The notes under the pieces are model-generated. The model was not told where the DNA came from. It did no database searches and saw only the letters and a list, made by a program, of their open reading frames with translations. This document shows positions 25,888 to 32,000 of a stretch of DNA of 32,000 bases, in pieces. Every line of letters begins with the position of its first letter. Position 1 is the stretch's first letter. Position numbers and translations under genes: made by a program. The DNA lies in sequence record ERZ834694.320-NODE-320-length-60649-cov-6.055468; one strand, written 5' to 3'. Origin of the DNA: a metagenome.

Positions 25888-26388
25888 GTGCCGAATACTG
25901 TACCCAATCAAAGAGTTGTCGCCATTCACCGCGAACACGCCTCGTCCGACTTCCTCGGCATCAAAAATGAGCATTGGCAAGCGGCGGCACGCGATTTGGG
26001 CGCGCACGCGCTTATGTTGTACCTTTATCTTGCGTCCAATAGGGACGGATACACATTGGCGTTATCCCTCGCCGCTATCCGTCAGGCGGTTGGAATGGCG
26101 GCATCCACCTACCGCGACCAGTTTTTGAAGCTCGTTGACAAAGGTTATCTTGTTCAGCGCGGCAGCGGCAATACTTATGATTTCTATGAAACGCCGCAGC
26201 GGGAGACGCGTTTACACAATGAGAATACGTCTGTCGGCTTTGACTTTACGGCAGCCGTCCAGAAGCAAACACAAGCCGTTCAAAAGGAAGCGCCCGAGGA
26301 TATAGAAATAAATATAAATAATATAAATATAAAAAATAAGGGCGTGGAGAAACAAGTTTCTCCAACGCCATCTGAATTTTACTTTTAA
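25888..26388 (+). CDS. Winged-helix Rep/DnaD-like (replisome-organizer-type) protein
   Basis: GTG 25888 follows GGGGGAG. The segment ALMLYLYLASNRDGYTLALSLAAIRQAVGMAASTYRDQFLKLVDKGYLV is a typical wHTH initiator/organizer N-domain pattern. The C-terminus is encoded by an AT-only tract. Confidence 0.6.
   Translation: MPNTVPNQRVVAIHREHASSDFLGIKNEHWQAAARDLGAHALMLYLYLASNRDGYTLALSLAAIRQAVGMAASTYRDQFLKLVDKGYLVQRGSGNTYDFYETPQRETRLHNENTSVGFDFTAAVQKQTQAVQKEAPEDIEININNINIKNKGVEKQVSPTPSEFYF
26301..26339. repeat. 39-nt almost pure A/T tract with tandem TATAAATA units inside the 3-prime end of the Rep-like gene
   Basis: The tract is tatagaaataaatataaataatataaatataaaaaataa, with a single G. Confidence 0.85.
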
Positions 26389-26400
26389 GGAGAAAAGAGT

Positions 26401-26610
26401 ATGTCCAAGAGTAAGAATATGACCATTGAAGAAATGGTCGATTGTTTCCGCATCATGTTCAGTTAGGCAGTTGCAGAGCGTTCCCAAGACTACGGTGTTG
26501 TGATGGAAGAAGCGTATAACCTTTGGGCGCTGCTATACTATGACCTTGGTATCAGATATCCGCAGGATGATATCGCACAGACAAGCAGCAATGAACCTTT
26601 CGTTTTTTGA
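26401..26610 (+). pseudogene. 69-codon ORF interrupted by an in-frame TAG at 26464..26466 (pseudogene or amber read-through)
   Basis: Strong SD AAGGAGAAAAGAGT before ATG 26401. The frame is otherwise open to TGA 26608. Confidence 0.5.
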
Positions 26611-26965
26611 GCAGCGGATTTATCAATCCTTAAAGCGCAAAGGGTTAGCACCGCAATTCGAGCGGGCGGGCATTTATGCTATCCTGTTGGACGGAAAGGC
26701 TGTCTATATCGGAAAAAGCGTCAATATGCTTGCGCGCATGGCGCAGCACTATGCGTAGCTCTCCCGTCCAAAAGCACACAAATATGAAATACTGGCGGAA
26801 GCATCGCGGCGCGGCCATCGCATACGCTTTTGCGTTCTGTATGCCGCTCGCAGCACGACGCCCGCCGCAATCGAAGAAGAGATAGGCGAGAAAGAGGGCG
26901 AGTTCATCCGCTGCTATCTCCCGCCGCTCAATTATCAGATTCCAAAGGCGGAAAACTGGCGATAG
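26540..26965 (+). pseudogene. GIY-YIG nuclease-domain gene interrupted by an in-frame TAG at 26756..26758 (pseudogene or amber read-through)
   Basis: GIYAILLDGKAVYIGKSVNMLARMAQH lies before the TAG. The same frame continues for 68 codons and contains EGEFIRCYLPPLNY. The start is uncertain (26540 or 26591). Confidence 0.7.
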
Positions 26966-27018
26966 TTCACCACCAATCCCGCCGCACTCACAATTACATT
27001 ACCTGACCTATTGAAAAA

Positions 27019-27055
27019 GGGCAGCAGCATTTGAAGCTGTTGCCCTTTCTTTTTG
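27019..27055. terminator. Bidirectional terminator between the convergent GIY-YIG and integrase genes
   Basis: 10-bp stem GGGCAGCAGC/GCUGUUGCCC (one G-U pair) followed by UUUCUUUUUG. The upstream flank is A-rich. Confidence 0.75.
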
Positions 27056-27071
27056 TCCTGCTGTTGGAGCG

Positions 27072-28289
27072 TTACAGGTTGAACGCGGCGGCGTACTTTT
27101 CTGTTGCAGACTTCATCTGCTGCAAGTCGGACTTCACATAGAAGTTCAGTGTCGTGCTTGCGTCTGCATGGCCTAAAATCTCCTGCACACTTTTAATGTC
27201 CGCACCTTGGGAAAGCAGCAGCGTTGCGCAGGAGTGCCGCAGATCGTGCGGCGAGAGGTCGGGAAAGTCATTGTTCTTCATAAACCGCTTGACGCGCCTT
27301 GTCACCGAGTTCGGGTCACGGGGCAGGAAAATATCTTCCTTGTTTGGGAAAAGAAAAGCGTTCTTCAAAATGGTGTTCGGATGCTCCGCTTGCATCTGCC
27401 TTTTGTACTGTTGGAGCAGCGTCAATGTGCTTGGCATGACCGGAATTGTGCGGATGCTGTTCACGGTCTTTGGTGTGCTGATTACTACGCCGCTTTCCGG
27501 TGTGCAAGCAATACTCCGTTCAATCCTGATTGTGCTTTCGCGCTCGTTGATGTCGCTCCATTTCAGCCCCACGCACTCACCCCGCCGTATGCCTGTTGTT
27601 AGCAGCAGTTGAAGCATACAATGAAAATCGAGCGGACAATCGGGCAGCAGCTTGAAAAAGCGCGCCGCCTGTTCCTTTGTCATGGCATCGACGGGCCTTT
27701 TCTCTTTCTTGGGCGCGCTGACCTTTCGCATCGGATTTTGCGCTATCATTTCTTGCTGTTTGGCGTAGCCAAATATCAAATTAAGTGTTCCGTATTGATG
27801 GCGCAGCGTTTTAGCGGAAAGCGGCTTGCCCTGCTTGCCTTTGTACTCTGTGCGGAGATAGGCAAGATACTTTTGAATATCAATAGGACTGATTTCCTGC
27901 AAAACAGCGCCTTTGAAATACTCGTTTATCATGCGCGCCATGTTCTTATAAAAGGCTATGGTGTTCGGCTTGTCGTTCTCACCACGCACTTGCAAAGCAA
28001 ACCATGTATCATTCACAAACGACACAAAATCATCCCGCCGCTTATCGGGCGGTAGGCGGTACGCGCTACCGAGTTTCTTTTGCTTCTGGTACTCTGCTTT
28101 GACTTCCTCTTCCCACGCATCCGCCGCACGTTCCGCCGCTTTTCTTGCCTTTGCTGGCGTCAAGTCGGCGGGCGCTGTCCAAGTTGTGTATTTTCTGATT
28201 TGCTTGCCGCGCACATCGCGCTCTAAACAGACGGTGAAGCGGAAAGAAATAACCTTGCCGTTTTTCTTGTTTTCTCGAATGTTCGCCAT
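27072..28289 (-). CDS. int: Tyrosine site-specific integrase
   Basis: C-terminal HDLRHSCATLLL...GHADASTTLNFYV (H-x-x-R and catalytic Y). N-terminus MANIRENKKNGK is typical of phage/ICE integrases. It lies adjacent to the tRNA att site. Confidence 0.92.
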   Translation of the reverse strand: MANIRENKKNGKVISFRFTVCLERDVRGKQIRKYTTWTAPADLTPAKARKAAERAADAWEEEVKAEYQKQKKLGSAYRLPPDKRRDDFVSFVNDTWFALQVRGENDKPNTIAFYKNMARMINEYFKGAVLQEISPIDIQKYLAYLRTEYKGKQGKPLSAKTLRHQYGTLNLIFGYAKQQEMIAQNPMRKVSAPKKEKRPVDAMTKEQAARFFKLLPDCPLDFHCMLQLLLTTGIRRGECVGLKWSDINERESTIRIERSIACTPESGVVISTPKTVNSIRTIPVMPSTLTLLQQYKRQMQAEHPNTILKNAFLFPNKEDIFLPRDPNSVTRRVKRFMKNNDFPDLSPHDLRHSCATLLLSQGADIKSVQEILGHADASTTLNFYVKSDLQQMKSATEKYAAAFNL

Positions 28290-28347
28290 TGAAACGCACC
28301 CTTTCATTTCTGACGTATCAATGACTTTCACGCGCTATTTTTGCAGT

Positions 28348-28366
28348 TGTGCGCTTTTTTGTGCGC
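28348..28366 (+). repeat. TGTGCGCTTTTTTGTGCGC motif, right-arm copy (tandem GTGCGCTTTT)
   Basis: Matches 23845..23861 with a one-T indel. It lies between the int start and the att repeat. Confidence 0.7.
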
Positions 28367-28418
28367 TTTTGGAGTTTTCACGCATTTTCGCACTACACGT
28401 TTTACTCTCAGAAGTTGC

Positions 28419-28454
28419 AAAAAGTCTTGAAATCATGCGATTTCAAGACTTTTT
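28419..28454 (-). terminator. Element-encoded hairpin terminator immediately downstream of tRNA-Pro
   Basis: 12-bp perfect stem AGUCUUGAAAUC/GAUUUCAAGACU, 4-nt loop, with A and U runs on the flanks. Confidence 0.75.
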
Positions 28455-28455
28455 A

Positions 28456-28504
28456 TTGGTCCGAGTGGCGAGATTCGAACTCACGGCCTCATGGTCCCGA
28501 ACCA
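28456..28504. repeat. Proximal att direct repeat (within the intact tRNA-Pro)
   Basis: Identical to 23623..23671. Confidence 0.95.
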
Positions 28505-28532
28505 TGCGCGCTACCAACTGCGCTACACCCGG
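28457..28532 (-). tRNA. tRNA-Pro (anticodon CGG), CCA encoded
   Basis: 76-nt cloverleaf folded by hand: acceptor CCGGGTG/CACTCGG, D stem GCGC/GCGC, anticodon stem CATGG/CCATG, loop TTCGGGA, T arm GTGAG-TTCGAAT-CTCGC, discriminator A. Confidence 0.93.
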
Positions 28533-28568
28533 ATATGAAATTGTGCGGCTCACGCCGCGAACAGTAGT

Positions 28569-28597
28569 ATTATATGAGCTTCCCCCCGTTCTGTCAA
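28569..28597 (-). promoter_or_regulatory. Consensus sigma-A/sigma-70 promoter for tRNA-Pro
   Basis: On the minus strand: TTGACA, a 17-nt spacer, then TATAAT. It lies about 36 nt upstream of the tRNA 5-prime end. Confidence 0.75.
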
Positions 28598-28616
28598 GAG
28601 GGAAATCCACATTTTT

Positions 28617-28647
28617 CAAAAAGCCCCGCGGCGCGCGGCCGCAGGGC
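28617..28647 (-). terminator. Intrinsic terminator after tRNA-Sec
   Basis: 10-bp GC stem (one G-U pair) followed by UUUUU. It starts 3 nt after the tRNA-Sec CCA. Confidence 0.7.
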
Positions 28648-28649
28648 TC

Positions 28650-28746
28650 TGGCGGGAGCATGTGAGAATCGAACTCACCCGAGAGGCTCTTCACCCCTCT
28701 CACCGGTTTTGAAGACCGGGGGGCACACCAGCACCCATCTACTCCC
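28650..28746 (-). tRNA. selC: tRNA-Sec (anticodon UCA)
   Basis: 97 nt. 6-bp D stem with a 4-nt loop, anticodon loop CTTCAAA, long variable arm GAGAGG..CCTCTC, T arm GTGAG-TTCGATT-CTCAC, CCA encoded. Located directly downstream of selB. Confidence 0.9.
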
Positions 28747-28770
28747 ATGTGAGAGGCGACAAAAGCCGCC

Positions 28771-30696
28771 TCATTTTTCTATCTTGCCAAACTGCGCGCC
28801 CGGCCTGCGGACATCACCCTCGCGGCGAAGAATGCCCCGACGGTCGTAATACTCCAGCACCAGCAGCGCGTGGTCGCGCGAGGTGCCGAGCGCGTCGCGG
28901 AATTCTCCCAGCGTGAGCGTGTCGTGCGTTTCGAACCACGCCTTCACCCTTGCGTCGACCGCATCCAAAACGCTTTTTTCGACGCAGAGCTCTGGCGCGA
29001 GCAGCACAAGCTCGCCGGCAGATAAAAGACTCTCAAGCACGCGCGCGCACTCCACGCGGTCTTTTTTGTCGAACAGCGCACAGAGCGCGTCCTGCTTTTT
29101 GCCAAGGATTCCAGCCGCGCGGCAGGTGCGCAGCAGCTCTTCCCGGATGGCGCTCTGCCGCTTGGTCAGATGCACGGAAAAGTCCGCAAGCGCACAGCGC
29201 TCCGCCGTCAGCGTGAGTTTTCCCTCGCGCGCAAAGCAGGCGAGGATCGCGTCCGCATTTTCCCGTGCTTTGCCGCGCAGAAGCCGCTGCCGCGCCTCGG
29301 CGAGGCGCATGCCCGTGTGCAGCGGATGTTCGCGGTGGTACTTTGTCAGCATCGTCTCACAGTCTGTCCACAGCCTGTCCAGCGTCGACGATGTAAGATA
29401 GCGCGACGGCGCGATCTCGACGAGCTTTCCCCGCGCACAAAGCACGGCGAGCATTTCCACCAGTTTTTCTTCCGGTTCATCGAAGCACGCGGCAAGGTCC
29501 GCAAGTGTCATGCCATCCGCGCCGTGCTCGCCGACGGCCTGCACGAGCTTTGCCTCGTCCGATCCGCTCTCGCGCACGTCGAGCGAGGCGATCACGCGCG
29601 CATCGTTTCGCTTGTGCCGGTACGGATGCTCGTCCAGGATCATCCCGCCGCCGACGGTCTCGAGCGGCGAGTAGAAGCGCACGACAAAGCGGTCGCCCTG
29701 CCGCGCGGCGAGCGCTTCGCTCAGCCGCAGCTGGGCATAGCAGCTCTCGCCCGGACGCAGCGCGTCGCGGTCCAGCAGCACCGCCTTTGCAAGGCGCACC
29801 GCCGCGCCGTGGTAGAGGTGCAGGCGCGAGCCGCTCTCGATGATCCGCTTAGAATCCGGCAGATTTTGCAGTTTCACGTCCAGCATCAGCGACGGCTGCA
29901 TCGAATCCGGCCTGCACAGCACATCGCCGCGGCTGATGCTCTCTTTTTTGATGCCCGCTAAGTTGACCGCCGCGCGCTGTCCGGCGTACACCGCCGACAC
30001 GTCGCGCCCGTGCACCTGCAAATTGCGCACGCGGCACTTACTCCCGAGCGGCATGAGCTGCGCCTCGTCGCCGACGGCGATGTGCCCGTCGATGAGCGTG
30101 CCGGTGACGATCGTGCCGAAGCCGTCGACGGAAAACACGCGGTCAATGGGCAGGCGGAACGGCGTGCGCGCGCTCTTTTCCTCCGCGTGCAGTGTCAAGT
30201 CGTGCAGTGCTTCGCGCAGTGCCTCAACGCCTTCGCCCGTGCGGACGGACGTGCGCAGGATTGGCTTATCCTCTAAAAACGTGTCCTTGACGCGGCTTTT
30301 GACGTCCTCTTCGAGCATGTTCAGCCAGTCCTCGTCGACTAAGTCGGTCTTTGTCAGCACGATGAGTCCGTCCTTCACACCGAGCAGCTGCAGGATGTCC
30401 AGATGCTCGACTGTCTGCGGCATAAAGCCCTCATCCGCCGCCACAACGAGCATCGCAAGGTCGACGCCGCCCGCACCGGCAAGCATATTTTTGATGAACC
30501 TCTCATGCCCCGGCACATCGACGATGCTCGCACTTCCGCCATCTGAAAAATCAAGACGTGCAAAGCCCGGTTCGATCGTAATGCCGCGCCGCTTTTCTTC
30601 GGCCAACCGGTCGGTGTCCACGCCCGTGAGCGCCTTGACGAGCTCGGTCTTGCCGTGGTCGACATGACCCGCCGTGCCGATGATAACATGCTTCAT
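28771..30696 (-). CDS. selB: Selenocysteine-specific translation elongation factor SelB
   Basis: G domain [19 protein letters not shown] and TKTD, plus a long C-terminal winged-helix region. ATG 30696 overlaps the selA stop (ATGA). Confidence 0.93.
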   Translation of the reverse strand: MKHVIIGTAGHVDHGKTELVKALTGVDTDRLAEEKRRGITIEPGFARLDFSDGGSASIVDVPGHERFIKNMLAGAGGVDLAMLVVAADEGFMPQTVEHLDILQLLGVKDGLIVLTKTDLVDEDWLNMLEEDVKSRVKDTFLEDKPILRTSVRTGEGVEALREALHDLTLHAEEKSARTPFRLPIDRVFSVDGFGTIVTGTLIDGHIAVGDEAQLMPLGSKCRVRNLQVHGRDVSAVYAGQRAAVNLAGIKKESISRGDVLCRPDSMQPSLMLDVKLQNLPDSKRIIESGSRLHLYHGAAVRLAKAVLLDRDALRPGESCYAQLRLSEALAARQGDRFVVRFYSPLETVGGGMILDEHPYRHKRNDARVIASLDVRESGSDEAKLVQAVGEHGADGMTLADLAACFDEPEEKLVEMLAVLCARGKLVEIAPSRYLTSSTLDRLWTDCETMLTKYHREHPLHTGMRLAEARQRLLRGKARENADAILACFAREGKLTLTAERCALADFSVHLTKRQSAIREELLRTCRAAGILGKKQDALCALFDKKDRVECARVLESLLSAGELVLLAPELCVEKSVLDAVDARVKAWFETHDTLTLGEFRDALGTSRDHALLVLEYYDRRGILRREGDVRRPGAQFGKIEK

Positions 30697-32000
30697 CGGA
30701 TGGCCTCCGCAGCCGCCGCGGCGATCTCGGCAAAGTCTTCCTCTCGAATCGTGCGCACGCACAGCAAATACTGCCTGCGGTGGATACGCGCGACGATGGG
30801 CTTGGCGCGAAGGCGCAGCTTCTCTTCCAGTTCATCCACGCTGAGCCTCCCCGGCTCGATCGCGACGGCCCAGCCGCTGAGCTCCTGCGCCGGAGCGCTG
30901 CCGCCGCCGACAGCGTCGCCCGTCCACACGAGCTGCGGGGAAACGCCCGTGTCCGCGAGCGCCTTTTGCAGCCGCAGCGCCTTGGCGTGCAGCTCATCCT
31001 CGCTCGCCGACAGCATCGCGAGCGTCGGGATCTCTCGCACGGCGATCTCGGCATCCAGATAGGCGCTGAGCGTCGCGTGCAGCGCGGCAAGCGTCATCTT
31101 GTCGAGCCGCAGCGCCCGCGCAAGCGGGTGCTTTTTGATCCGTTTGATGTACTCCCTTTTGCCGACGATCAGCCCCGCCTGCGGGCCGCCGAGCAGCTTG
31201 TCGCCCGAAAACGACGCAACGTCCACACCAGCGTGCAGACTTCTCTGCACCGTCGGTTCGCCGCGGATGCCAAACGGTTCGAGGTCGACGATCGCCCCGC
31301 TGCCGAGGTCTTCAATGAGCGGCAGGCCGTGCCCATGCGCGATCTCCGCCAGCTCCTCCCGCGGTACGGATTCGGTAAAGCCCACGATGCGGTAGTTGCT
31401 TGTGTGCACCTTCAAAAGCGCTCTCGTCTGCTCGCCGATGGCGGCTTCATAGTCGCGCCGGTGCGTCTTGTTCGTCGCGCCGACCTCGCACAGCGTGCAG
31501 CCGCACTGCGTCACGATCTCCGGAATGCGGAACGAGCCGCCGATCTCGACGAGCTCGCCGCGCGAGGCGATGACCTCTCCCCCGCCCGCGAGCGCGGACA
31601 GGATGAGCAGCACCGCCGCGGCGTTGTTGTTCACGGCCATCGCCGCCTCCGCACCCGTCAGGCGGCACAAAAGCGCCTCCACGTGCTGATAGCGCGAGCC
31701 GCGGCAGCCGTTTTCCACATCGTATTCAAGCGTCGAATAATCTCTCGCTGCCTCTGCCGCGGCGTTCGCCGCGCGCTCGCTCAGGCAGGCGCGGCCAAGG
31801 TTCGTGTGCAGCGTCACGCCGGTCGCGTTGATGACCGGTCGCAGCGTCGGCAGCTGCTTTACCTCTGCACGTGCCAGAATGCGCGCGCAGAGTATGCCTG
31901 TCTCCGGCAGCGCGGAAAGGCCGCCGCGCACTTCGTCTCGCAGCGCGTCCAGCTCCTCGCGCACGATGGCGTCGGCGTTCTTCAGAATCTCGAGCTTCTC
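30693..32000 (-). CDS. selA: L-seryl-tRNA(Sec) selenium transferase SelA (N-terminus beyond window edge)
   Basis: RPVINATGVTLHTNLGR and the PLP-lysine motif SFSGDKLLGGPQAG. The frame stays open to position 32000. Confidence 0.92.
   Translation of the reverse strand, partial: EKLEILKNADAIVREELDALRDEVRGGLSALPETGILCARILARAEVKQLPTLRPVINATGVTLHTNLGRACLSERAANAAAEAARDYSTLEYDVENGCRGSRYQHVEALLCRLTGAEAAMAVNNNAAAVLLILSALAGGGEVIASRGELVEIGGSFRIPEIVTQCGCTLCEVGATNKTHRRDYEAAIGEQTRALLKVHTSNYRIVGFTESVPREELAEIAHGHGLPLIEDLGSGAIVDLEPFGIRGEPTVQRSLHAGVDVASFSGDKLLGGPQAGLIVGKREYIKRIKKHPLARALRLDKMTLAALHATLSAYLDAEIAVREIPTLAMLSASEDELHAKALRLQKALADTGVSPQLVWTGDAVGGGSAPAQELSGWAVAIEPGRLSVDELEEKLRLRAKPIVARIHRRQYLLCVRTIREEDFAEIAAAAAEAIR

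Larger units (their letters stand above)
23623..28504 (-). mobile_element. Integrative element of about 4.9 kb inserted in tRNA-Pro(CGG)
   Basis: Perfect 49-bp direct repeats. A tyrosine integrase lies next to the intact tRNA. The sequence is visibly more AT-rich than both flanks. It has its own Rep-like gene and control region. Confidence 0.85.

Noticed and set aside
26464-26758. Pyrrolysine (Pyl) decoding as the explanation for the in-frame TAG codons.
   Set aside because: No pyl genes or methylamine methyltransferase context appear in the window. The interrupted genes are a nuclease and a small ORF, not known Pyl proteins. This cannot be excluded without the genome, but it is a low-prior explanation.
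30697-30762. A 22-codon N-terminal extension of selB, as shown in the ORF track (MRAHDSRGRL...).
   Set aside because: The conserved G domain begins at [17 protein letters not shown]. That ATG overlaps the selA stop (ATGA). The extension lies inside selA coding sequence.

Overview
The window has three blocks that differ in base composition by eye.

(1) Positions 1-23.4 kb: every gene is on the minus strand, tightly packed, and many are joined by ATGA/TGATG stop-start overlaps.
- The promoter-distal half (159-10922) is a Firmicutes-style Tad/Flp (type IVc) pilus operon. It holds two paralogous Flp-like pilins flanking a SpoVG homologue, an A24 prepilin peptidase, CpaB, a TadZ/CpaE-like ParA ATPase, the CpaF/TadA ATPase, TadB and TadC, two pseudopilins, and two secreted or surface proteins.
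- The promoter-proximal half (10971-23359) is an array of about 14 conserved-hypothetical genes of the kind carried by ICEs and plasmids of Gram-positive anaerobes. It includes an orphan Dam-like DPPY N6-adenine methyltransferase, YodL-like, DUF3849-like and DUF4314-like proteins, and a three-member paralogue family.
- Strong intrinsic terminators sit directly in front of several ORFs in this array.

(2) Positions 23623-28504: a more AT-rich integrative element of about 4.9 kb, bounded by perfect 49-bp direct repeats that correspond to the 3-prime part of tRNA-Pro(CGG). It carries a tyrosine integrase, a winged-helix Rep/DnaD-like gene, an iteron-like divergent control region, a lipoprotein, and two adjacent genes (one a canonical GIY-YIG nuclease) that each contain one in-frame TAG.

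(3) Positions 28.4-32 kb: GC-rich core chromosome with tRNA-Pro(CGG), tRNA-Sec (selC), selB and selA (truncated by the window edge).

No CRISPR array, rRNA, transposase, capsid genes or T4SS genes are visible. Product names rest on motifs I can read in the translations. No database search was run.
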